In this document: in pieces, positions 19,505-27,768 of the stretch
How the letters are laid out: every line of letters starts with the position of its first letter
Numbering within the stretch: position 1 is the stretch's first letter
Origin: an uncultured Thermoplasmata archaeon
GTDB lineage: Archaea > Thermoplasmatota > Thermoplasmata > UBA10834
Length of the DNA stretch: 64,000 bases
Direction of reading: 5' to 3'
Assembly: GCA_963748615.1 (NCBI GenBank)
Contig: CAVVJQ010000003.1
Location: 194,258-258,257 of the forward strand
Notes under the pieces: generated by a model
What the model saw: the letters and a program-made list of their open reading frames with translations, nothing else
What the model was told of the DNA's origin: nothing
Database searches by the model: none
Made by a program: the position numbers and the translations under genes

Positions 19505-22500
19505 CTATACACCGTAAACGCGTCCCTTCACCAGCCAAAGGTCCACGAGATCGCCCGTATCCTTCACAAGGAACCCTGAGACATACTCCCTCGGCACACC
19601 CTCAAGATAGACTCCGAATTGAACGGCCCAATTGCCCCATGACCTGCCGACCAACCTACCTAACGCAGGGATGTTGGGGGCAATGGACACGACCATGGTG
19701 AGTCTGTTCTCCAAAGCGCCCGCAACCCCCAGGACCTTCAGCATCTTGGGCGTGCCTATCTCGAACAGTAGCTCGAATCGGATATACAGACCGGAGAAGA
19801 AGCTCGATGGGAATTGAGGGTATGCTATTGGGTTGCTTGCCCGCCCAAGGTTAACAACGAATGTCGCGAAAGTATGGATGAGCCATCGGAGCACGTCCAC
19901 GATCGCGTCTCCCGTCACCACGAAGGATGTCCTGAACCCGAAGCCAGCGGTCCCGCTCGCATCGCTCAGGGTCACCTCGATGTATATGATGATCTCATGG
20001 ATCACCTCTTTCACGATGGACAGCAGGTTCTCGATGAAGTGGGATAGGATGCGCTTGCCCAGAAGCTTCACGAAATCCAAGGACGCCGATACCTCGGACA
20101 GCTTCGTCTCTTCGAATGCCTCCTTGAAAGCTTTGAAGAGAGCCTTCGCTATGAAATCCGATGTGGAGAGGAGCACGGATGCACCGTTCGAATCGCTCTT
20201 GGTCCCGTCACGAAGCAGCCATCTGGGGCCGCCGTCCCATGTACGCTGATGTGTACGTGCATCGTTCGCGCTGTCACTCAGCGTGGGTGTGACATCGACG
20301 ATCTTGCCTTCCGAATCCCTGAGTATCAGAGAGTCGCCGTCATTGAACGGGTCCCCGGAATAGCCATTGTCTATCGATGTCTGCGGGAATGTGAAGACCT
20401 TGAGGCCGTTCGCTGGGATGGTGCCGGATATGGGCAACTCTGTGCTCATGCCATGAGCGGTCTCGATCACCCAACCATCCACGCACCTCGCTTCCGTGAG
20501 CGGATTGTACAGTTCCACCCATTCGCGTCCGGAGTCATCGCCCTGAGGGTTCGCCTCGAACTCGTTGACCACGACATCGGTCGGGAAAGGCGGAGAGTAC
20601 TTCAACCGTAAACCAGCCTCGATCGAAGCGGACATTCCGAGAACGGGTATTGGTATGTTGGAAAGGAAGAGCCCTACACCTGGAAGATCGGATGTCGATA
20701 CCTCGGCGATCTCATATGGCTCTGCTTCGGGGATCACCAGGTCCAGAGCCCAGGTCTCCGCCTTGCAATGGACCTCCACGAACCTCCTCAGGATGATCAT
20801 GAGAGGATCGACGACTACCTCGACGGTGGCATGCTTCAACGATAACGTGCCGTTGACAACGACATCGAACCTTCCGTCAGATAGCCTGGCGATCCTGAAC
20901 CCGAATGATATTCCAGGGCCGAACCTGTCCGTGCATACGATGATCCTGACCAGGTCCTGGGACTTCTTGTACAGCAGATCCGGGAGGTTGGTGCGTACGA
21001 TTATCGTGAAGCCATACATTGTGATGCGCAGCTCCACTGTCCCCACAAGGTCGATGAACAGCTTGACGGCTTTCGCCAGAGCCGAGTCGGCGAACTTCTG
21101 GACGTATTCCTGAAGTAGCTCCACCATCGATTGGGCGGCCTTCGCAACCAATGCTAGCACCCGTGTCGCATACCCCGCGAGCGTCTCGAACGCATCCTGG
21201 AAGAATGTGAAGAGCCGCTCCATGCCATCCTTGATCCATCCGACCAGGGGTTCGATCTTGGACCATAATATCTCATAGAACTTCCTCGCCGCGTTGATGG
21301 CATCCGTCAGAGCGGTGTTCGTAGGATTATAGCCCACATCCTCCAATGGCCATGACGATTGGACAACGACCGGGACGCATACATCCACGAGAATCTGCAC
21401 TCGAGAACTTTCCTCACCGCATATCAGGGAGAGAAGAGAGCAGCTCTCGGACGAGAGCTCGATCTCCACGAGCCCCTTCGCGGAGACCAGCCATTGGGTC
21501 GAGTAGGGAGTGGCGGATGCATTGGACAGCGAAGTCATGTGTGTGTTCGGGTAGTCCTCTTCGGCACGGTCATAATCCCATGGTCGCTTCACCTGGACCA
21601 AGATATCACCCGTGGGAAACAACTGCTCAAGCGAGGAGTACCCGACCGAGGGGTTGTAAGGCACTTCGGTGAGTGGTGGAAGACCGCCTTGGACCACGAT
21701 AGAGAGACTCTCGTTCAAGACGGACGATATCTCATCGGCAGCCTCTCGCTCGCCGTCCCAGAACTCGAACGGAGTGGCCATGTCAACATAGACCGATCGT
21801 TTGTACGAGGAGATGTGACTCTGAGCCAAAGTGGCATTCGCTATGCACTCGATCTGCGCCTCCATGAATGATGCGATCCCAGGGAAACTCCCGGTGCCGT
21901 ATGCGAGCATCGATGCGAATGAATCCACCAGCGGACCAGCGAAGTCATCGTCCGCCTGCCCGATGGACTGATTGAACGCAATCTCGAGGCATTCGACGTA
22001 GATGGAACATCGCGTATCGTAACTCCATGAAGCGGATGTGGACACCCCCCATGCGTCATCGTACCTCACATCGTGCTCGACGATCTCTTCGAGCTGCTGA
22101 CGAACGGACACACCCAGATCAGGTATGTACGAATATCGAGCGCTATCGAGCACCACAGATGCGATGTTGGAGCACATCTCAGTCCTGAGATATTCAGGGA
22201 ATATGCGGGATTTATGATCCTCGATGAAATCGACGAAGCGATCAACCATCTTGTACTGGGTGCTGTACAATGGCAATGATCTAGCCGCGATCATGACGGC
22301 TTCGGGATCGGTACATATGGAGACATCGCCCGCATGGTCGGCCATCATCGAGAACACATCCTCTCCGTCCATTGGGTCGACCGAACAGCTGCTCAAGTCC
22401 ATTGACGATGCGGAGGCGAGATCGAAAGCCAACCTCTGGACGCAATCATACATAAGATCCTTGATCTCCCCCTGGCACTCCTTGAAGACGGGGTAGAACT

Positions 22501-23941
22501 CGACCCACAGATCAGATTCAAGGAGATTGTATTCCGGGACATCGGCATCCACCATGATGTCTCCCACCCAGACGGGATAGAGATTACCAGAGACATCCTC
22601 GACATAGTACACTCTTTCGGGAACTATGACGAGGAAATCAGAGTCGCATGAAAATGTCTCTGAATAGAACCGCGGGGTGTAATCGATCATTTCAAGGCTG
22701 CGCTGCATCCACGAACGGACAGAATCTGCGGAGTCATCTTCCCCGGTCAGGAACTCCATCACGCTGTCGACCGAATTGGATATCGATTCTAGTACCTCGT
22801 CCGCCACGTCAAACAGTCCAAGAAATCCGAGATAGTCCATGTATTTGACCACCAGCATGTCCGCAATACCAGCGATGGCCTGTGCCATCACGATTGTGGG
22901 GTCCAGTCGGAGCTCTCTCAAACCAAGGAACCAAAGGAACAGCTCAGCAGGATCCAGCGAGCACCCCGAGCAGGAGATCATGGCTAGCAGGCCAAGCGTG
23001 CTGCCTCCGCAGACATCGACCACATCCGAGGCAAATGAGCCGTCGATCGACCGGAGCAGCCTTGCCTGCTCCAGAAGCAGCGCGACGGCCACTGCACGGT
23101 ACACATCCACCTCAGTCAGGATCATATCTGTCGTAGAACCGTTGGAATACAACGGCACGCCAAACCCGTCAAGAACCCGATACTGGGACAGCGTCGTCAA
23201 CATGTACATCACCATCTTCCCGATGTCCGAGTACTCTCCGGATGACGCCATCTCGAATGCCCGCAACTTGGATTCGAGGAATGGCAGTGCCGACAACAAA
23301 GGCTTCTCGAAGCACTCATCTCTAGCTAAGACGCAATCCTCAGCCTGGACCGAGACCGAGAAGTTGCCTATGACGACATAGTAAGGATTCGTCGTCTGTT
23401 CTCCGATGGAATCATCCGAGGGAGCAGGGAGGGCTTCGTACTCCATCGATTGATCGTCGATCGTGACTTCGGCGGCCTTCCCATCGTCTGCTGATAGGAG
23501 GTCCATTGTCCTCTTCTCGGCGAAGAACAGGGATCCAGACCAGTTATGGACTTCGATGTTGAAAGCGCCTCGATCACGAGGGAACGAATCGCCGATATAT
23601 GCCTCGACCGTACGAGAATATTCCTCGGATATCAGGGTGTCATTCACCGGATATTCGCTCCATCCAGAAAGGAGTTCGTTGGCCTTGGTCGAAGCGAATA
23701 ATCCCAATTCGGTGTTCACCTCGGATATGGCTGCGTCCATCGATCGAACCATCTCGGCCCTTCGCTCTTCTGAGAGGCGGTCGATCTCCCTCTTCGCGAT
23801 ATATAGACCCGACGCCGTAGATGCGAGAAGGATCACGACGGCTATCACTGAGAACGAGATCTGAGCGGATGTATCGCTCGTTAGTCGATGGCGCACTCTC
23901 CTGCGCGCGCCCGAACCAGCAAGAAGATATTTCACTGTCAT
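19505..23941 (-). CDS. giant (1478 aa) N-terminally anchored protein with one lamin-tail domain (LTD); otherwise orphan
   Basis: Uninterrupted 4.4-kb ORF. Basic N-terminus plus one TM helix (ISFSVIAVVILLASTASGLYIA). LTD signature at aa ~1121-1245 (nt ~20207-20581): VVNEFEANPQGDDSGREWVELYNP..DGWVIE..GDSLILRDSEGKIVD. Confidence 0.8.
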   Translation of the reverse strand: MTVKYLLAGSGARRRVRHRLTSDTSAQISFSVIAVVILLASTASGLYIAKREIDRLSEERRAEMVRSMDAAISEVNTELGLFASTKANELLSGWSEYPVNDTLISEEYSRTVEAYIGDSFPRDRGAFNIEVHNWSGSLFFAEKRTMDLLSADDGKAAEVTIDDQSMEYEALPAPSDDSIGEQTTNPYYVVIGNFSVSVQAEDCVLARDECFEKPLLSALPFLESKLRAFEMASSGEYSDIGKMVMYMLTTLSQYRVLDGFGVPLYSNGSTTDMILTEVDVYRAVAVALLLEQARLLRSIDGSFASDVVDVCGGSTLGLLAMISCSGCSLDPAELFLWFLGLRELRLDPTIVMAQAIAGIADMLVVKYMDYLGFLGLFDVADEVLESISNSVDSVMEFLTGEDDSADSVRSWMQRSLEMIDYTPRFYSETFSCDSDFLVIVPERVYYVEDVSGNLYPVWVGDIMVDADVPEYNLLESDLWVEFYPVFKECQGEIKDLMYDCVQRLAFDLASASSMDLSSCSVDPMDGEDVFSMMADHAGDVSICTDPEAVMIAARSLPLYSTQYKMVDRFVDFIEDHKSRIFPEYLRTEMCSNIASVVLDSARYSYIPDLGVSVRQQLEEIVEHDVRYDDAWGVSTSASWSYDTRCSIYVECLEIAFNQSIGQADDDFAGPLVDSFASMLAYGTGSFPGIASFMEAQIECIANATLAQSHISSYKRSVYVDMATPFEFWDGEREAADEISSVLNESLSIVVQGGLPPLTEVPYNPSVGYSSLEQLFPTGDILVQVKRPWDYDRAEEDYPNTHMTSLSNASATPYSTQWLVSAKGLVEIELSSESCSLLSLICGEESSRVQILVDVCVPVVVQSSWPLEDVGYNPTNTALTDAINAARKFYEILWSKIEPLVGWIKDGMERLFTFFQDAFETLAGYATRVLALVAKAAQSMVELLQEYVQKFADSALAKAVKLFIDLVGTVELRITMYGFTIIVRTNLPDLLYKKSQDLVRIIVCTDRFGPGISFGFRIARLSDGRFDVVVNGTLSLKHATVEVVVDPLMIILRRFVEVHCKAETWALDLVIPEAEPYEIAEVSTSDLPGVGLFLSNIPIPVLGMSASIEAGLRLKYSPPFPTDVVVNEFEANPQGDDSGREWVELYNPLTEARCVDGWVIETAHGMSTELPISGTIPANGLKVFTFPQTSIDNGYSGDPFNDGDSLILRDSEGKIVDVTPTLSDSANDARTHQRTWDGGPRWLLRDGTKSDSNGASVLLSTSDFIAKALFKAFKEAFEETKLSEVSASLDFVKLLGKRILSHFIENLLSIVKEVIHEIIIYIEVTLSDASGTAGFGFRTSFVVTGDAIVDVLRWLIHTFATFVVNLGRASNPIAYPQFPSSFFSGLYIRFELLFEIGTPKMLKVLGVAGALENRLTMVVSIAPNIPALGRLVGRSWGNWAVQFGVYLEGVPREYVSGFLVKDTGDLVDLWLVKGRVYGV

Positions 23942-24078
23942 CCCAGGGGACAGAGACAGCGACTGAGTGTAAACCCCTCCAGCTACATGCAGTATACCAG
24001 GGCCGTAAGGCAGAGTCGAGAAACGACTGGCTCACAATTAAATACGGATTATGATATTCAATCTCCGGATGGGATACA

Positions 24079-25344
24079 GTGGAGACTGAACAGACTCTCG
24101 TCCTGATCTTCGTAGCGTTTCTAGCTGCGAAAATCGGCGGCGAGATCATGGAACGAATGAAATTACCTGCCGTGACTGGCGAGCTGATGGCAGGGGTGAT
24201 ACTAGGTCCATCGATATTGAATCTCATCACTGAACATGACACATTCTTCGATGTGCTCGCTCAGCTGGGTGCGACATTCCTCCTCTTCTCGGTCGGCATG
24301 GAGACCAAACTCTCTGACCTCAAGAAGGTAGGGATGATCGCTGGATCCGTCGCAGTGTTGGGAGTCATCGTTCCGTTCATCATGGGTTATTATGTTTCGC
24401 TGCTCCTGTTCGCCTCATCGATCGAGGCGATGTTCATCGGCGCCGCGCTGGTCGCAACGAGCGTTGGGATCACTGCAAGGGTGTTGCAGGACCTCAAGAT
24501 GATCAATTCGCAGGAAGCAAAGATCATCCTTGGCGCGGCCGTCGTCGACGACATACTGGCGATGATCGTCCTCACGCTCGTATCAGGAACCGCGACCGGG
24601 AGTCTGACCACGCTGAGTGTCGCTGTCGTCATCGCAGAAGCAGTGTGCTTCGTCGCCATCGTTACCATTCTGGGAACGAGAATAGTGAAGTACGCTTCGG
24701 GCAAGAGAGAGATCAGGCATGACAAGAATGTCAACGGAACTTGGGCAATCCACTACTCGACAAGGGCATTCAAGAGGGACAGCTGGTTCGACAAGCTCGT
24801 CCAGAAGGAGGCTCCCTTCGTCATCATCCTGGTGGTCGTCTTCTTCCTCTCGGCTGCGGCCTCGTTCGTCGGTCTAGCCGCCATAATCGGCGCGTTCTTC
24901 GCGGGACTCATATTCTCAGACACCAAGGACACTTACGAACTGGAACGCAAGTTCGAGCCACTCAACGTTCTTCTGGTCCCGTTCTTCTTCGTTGTCATGG
25001 GTGCGAGGGTCGATTTCGGCAACTTCTCAGCCATCGCCCCATACGCGATCATCCTGACGGTCGTCGCGATCCTGAGCAAACTCATCGGGTGTGGACTGGG
25101 CGCTGCGAAAAGGGGCGAGAAGACTGCGCTCATAGTCGGAGCGGGCATGGTGCCCAGAGGAGAAGTGGGCATCGTAGTGGCCATGATCGGCCTGAACATG
25201 GGGACTATAGGCAATGACATCTACTCCATCATAGTCCTCGTATCCATAGCCACGACAATCTACGCCCCGTTCCTCATCAAGACCATAATCAAGGCGGAGA
25301 ACAAGAAAGGGGGCAAACGAGGTTGGCCTCTCTCGAGCAAGTGA
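24079..25344 (+). CDS. cation:proton antiporter, CPA2 (second paralog), no KTN/RCK domain
   Basis: GAAVVDDILAMIVL, GAFFAGLIFS, multi-TM. GTG start 24079 lies ~32 nt downstream of ATTAAATA (a TATA-like box). Confidence 0.8.
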   Translation: METEQTLVLIFVAFLAAKIGGEIMERMKLPAVTGELMAGVILGPSILNLITEHDTFFDVLAQLGATFLLFSVGMETKLSDLKKVGMIAGSVAVLGVIVPFIMGYYVSLLLFASSIEAMFIGAALVATSVGITARVLQDLKMINSQEAKIILGAAVVDDILAMIVLTLVSGTATGSLTTLSVAVVIAEAVCFVAIVTILGTRIVKYASGKREIRHDKNVNGTWAIHYSTRAFKRDSWFDKLVQKEAPFVIILVVVFFLSAAASFVGLAAIIGAFFAGLIFSDTKDTYELERKFEPLNVLLVPFFFVVMGARVDFGNFSAIAPYAIILTVVAILSKLIGCGLGAAKRGEKTALIVGAGMVPRGEVGIVVAMIGLNMGTIGNDIYSIIVLVSIATTIYAPFLIKTIIKAENKKGGKRGWPLSSK

Positions 25345-25378
25345 CCTATCGGTGTTGGGAGGATAAGGAAAATAAGAT

Positions 25379-25407
25379 GTGCGGCCTCACAGCCGCACGG
25401 TTTTCTT
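25379..25407. terminator. bidirectional hairpin plus T-tract between convergent genes
   Basis: GTGCGGC-ctcaca-GCCGCAC (7-bp stem) followed by GGTTTTCTT on + and by ATCTTATTTT on -. It lies between the CPA2 stop (25344) and the C11 stop (25414). Confidence 0.55.
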
Positions 25408-25413
25408 GATCGT

Positions 25414-26814
25414 TTACTCGAAGTCCAGCACGCTCTCGTCGTAGGCCTGTGTGAACGTGAACACCATCTCGTCCCACCAGGTGTCGACCGTGAAGGCCAT
25501 GCCGTAATAGAGCGTGTTCAGACCGTAGAGCTCAGCGTCCTCGATGTCCTCGAACCAGTATGCCGGATTGATCCAATGGCTGCAACAGGTGAAGTAGATC
25601 GATATGCCCGAGGTTCTCAAGATGCCTCCGCCAGCAGCGGTCACATGGTTCTCATACACGACGACTTCATCCACACCCTCGACAATCGCGGTGGTCAGCG
25701 GGAGGAGTTCCGGTATCTTCTGGCCGAGGAGTTCAGCGTACAGACCGAGGTCGATGAACGGCAGCTGCTCTCCCTCGTATGTGGGTATCCTCGGGGTCTG
25801 AGATTCAGCCGACTCGATCGCACCTCTGTAGCTGCTGTCATCCATATAGCCACCCTCGAACATCTCCTTCGCCAGCGCATCGATGCTCTTGACCAGGTTC
25901 GTCACAGGCTCTCCTAGGCGCAGGAATGAAAGCGTCACGTCGGCGCAGTACTCACAGCCCTGTCCAGACTCGGAGACCAGGTTTTCGTAGAAGTCGATAT
26001 AGGAATCAACGACAGCGATTCCCACTTCCTGGACCGTCGGCGAATCCTCAGTCATCACTTCCAGGAATCCAGCATAGCCCATTCCTGGACCAGGCACGAG
26101 GTTGATCGATGCGAACATGTAGTCCGCGATGTACCTGTTCTCGTAGATGACCTCGATCATTGCGTTCAGACAGGCATCGTAGCCGAGGATCGTCAGCTTG
26201 TAGTCCGTATCAACAGTCTCCCTGAGCTGGGTCTGAGCGGCAGCCAATGAGGCAGCGGTCTCAGGAGTTGTCAGCCTTGATACCCAGCCATCAGTGCCGA
26301 TCGCAGGGGAGCTGTCATCGTAGCAGACGCCCCTCCATCCACCGCCGTGGTCCCAGAGCACGAGCATGTAGTAATCAGCCGGGGCGTATGTGAACGCGGT
26401 CACGACGGCCCAAGTCAGCTTGGTGCCATCACCCATGTCCACCTCGCCAGGGCAGTCTGCCTCAGGGAACAAATCGCAGTCACAATCCAGTTCCTGTGTC
26501 TCGGCATCGTAGTGTGATACTCCTTCTTCGATCAGGAGCCAGTGGGTGCCTTCAACATACGACCATGTATCCAGCAGCACGATGATGGTCACGCCGTTCT
26601 TGGATCCGACGGATTCCATTTCGAGCAGATCGTCGATCGCATAGCTCTCAAGGTTGTTGTCCCCGTCCAAGTAGACGAAGACGGTCCACGTGCCTGGCCC
26701 TTCTTCATCCACGGCTTTCGGGGCGCTGCCAGCATTCGCGATCATGCCGGTCATCGCCATCGAAGCGGACAGCAACAAACCCATAATCAAAACACAAGTT
26801 GGTGCTCTTCTCAT
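25414..26814 (-). CDS. secreted clostripain-like cysteine peptidase (family C11), paralog 1
   Basis: Signal-like MRRAPTCVLIMGLLLSASMAMTGMIANA. Motifs WTVFVYLDGDNNLE, HYMLVLWDHGGGW (His) and LTILGYDACLNAM (Cys). ATG 26814 is preceded by GGGGGAAG; the track start 26922 is probably too long. Confidence 0.75.
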   Translation of the reverse strand: MRRAPTCVLIMGLLLSASMAMTGMIANAGSAPKAVDEEGPGTWTVFVYLDGDNNLESYAIDDLLEMESVGSKNGVTIIVLLDTWSYVEGTHWLLIEEGVSHYDAETQELDCDCDLFPEADCPGEVDMGDGTKLTWAVVTAFTYAPADYYMLVLWDHGGGWRGVCYDDSSPAIGTDGWVSRLTTPETAASLAAAQTQLRETVDTDYKLTILGYDACLNAMIEVIYENRYIADYMFASINLVPGPGMGYAGFLEVMTEDSPTVQEVGIAVVDSYIDFYENLVSESGQGCEYCADVTLSFLRLGEPVTNLVKSIDALAKEMFEGGYMDDSSYRGAIESAESQTPRIPTYEGEQLPFIDLGLYAELLGQKIPELLPLTTAIVEGVDEVVVYENHVTAAGGGILRTSGISIYFTCCSHWINPAYWFEDIEDAELYGLNTLYYGMAFTVDTWWDEMVFTFTQAYDESVLDFE

Positions 26815-26840
26815 TTCTCTTCCCCCGTTAGTAACCATCC

Positions 26841-26860
26841 GATGGACATTTATGTCCATC
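26841..26860. promoter_or_regulatory. perfect 9+9 inverted repeat between the TATA-like box and the C11-1 start codon
   Basis: GATGGACAT-tt-ATGTCCATC. A TATA-like box (minus-strand TTATTATA) lies at ~26893-26900, so the palindrome falls at or just after the predicted TSS. Confidence 0.5.
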
Positions 26861-26953
26861 ACAGGTGTACTGACTCGCATGTTACATTGAGCTATAATAA
26901 TCTTCCTCGCTCCAAGCACCAATATAGGACAAACATGGAACGTGAGGACTATG

Positions 26954-27700
26954 TCAGGACTGGCGGTCGGACATTATCCTCAGGAATTCCTCAAGGTGTG
27001 CAGCGAGCGATTCGTTATCCGTGTACCCACATGCTGAGAGATCGGCAGCGGCCAAGAGTGCCGCCTTCCCATCGCTAATCACATCTGTCGCTATGAGACC
27101 ATCTCTGCGGACAACCTCGATATCCTTGGGGGCTTTCACAAAAGGGGTCGTGATGACCTTCACATGGACCCCGCGACTGACTGCGCTCCCGAACCTCTTG
27201 CCCAAACGCCTTCGGATTGCTGGAAACGATGGGGAGGATATTATGAAGGTGTGCTCCGCCTTGTCGATCATCTCACCGATCTTATCGAGCACACGGTTCT
27301 TCCCCAATATGGTGTAGACCAGCTGGGGGACGCCTTTGTCGGAGAGTATGTTGCGGACCGAATCTATTTTGGAGAAGGAGTTCTTGATCTCCACGATGAA
27401 TCGTTCGGAGAGCTCTGAAGGGGATATAGGAGAGAATATCCGAGGCCTACCTTGCTTCGGTTGAACAAAACCCTTGTCGCTGAGGGATATCATGACCTTG
27501 TACGAAGATGTCCTTGGAATCTGCGCGACGTCCGCTACAAAATTGGCAGAAGAAGGGCCGAGTGCCACGAGAGCGATATATGCTCTGGATTCGTAATCGG
27601 ACAACCCCAGTTTCGAAAGCGCTCCAGATATCTTGAGGTACTCCGCCATGAGTTCGTCAGCATTGCCACCTAGTCGTGCAATAGTCGCTTTGAGGTCCAT
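26954..27700 (-). CDS. TrmB-family transcriptional regulator (copy 1)
   Basis: LGLSDYESRAYIALVALGPSSANFVADVAQIPRTSSYKVMISLSDKGFV..GRPRIFSPISP wHTH plus TrmB-like C-domain. Confidence 0.8.
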   Translation of the reverse strand: MDLKATIARLGGNADELMAEYLKISGALSKLGLSDYESRAYIALVALGPSSANFVADVAQIPRTSSYKVMISLSDKGFVQPKQGRPRIFSPISPSELSERFIVEIKNSFSKIDSVRNILSDKGVPQLVYTILGKNRVLDKIGEMIDKAEHTFIISSPSFPAIRRRLGKRFGSAVSRGVHVKVITTPFVKAPKDIEVVRRDGLIATDVISDGKAALLAAADLSACGYTDNESLAAHLEEFLRIMSDRQS

Positions 27701-27768
27701 TTGTAGCAGTAATAGCTACATAAGGTTTAAATCATTGCCTGAAAATCTATCTCCGGGATAGGGATATC
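27701..27768. promoter_or_regulatory. divergent promoter region between trmB-like gene and tes
   Basis: Inverted repeat TGTAGC-agtaata-GCTACA (27702-27720) abuts the trmB start codon. TTTAAAT box at 27726-27732 sits ~37 nt upstream of the tes ATG. Confidence 0.45.

Noticed and set aside
19505-23941. Diversity-generating retroelement, or internal tandem repeats, in the giant gene
   Set aside because: There is no reverse transcriptase and no template-repeat-like duplicate of its 3' region anywhere in the window. I saw no obvious internal tandem repeats by eye, though a dot-plot was not run.
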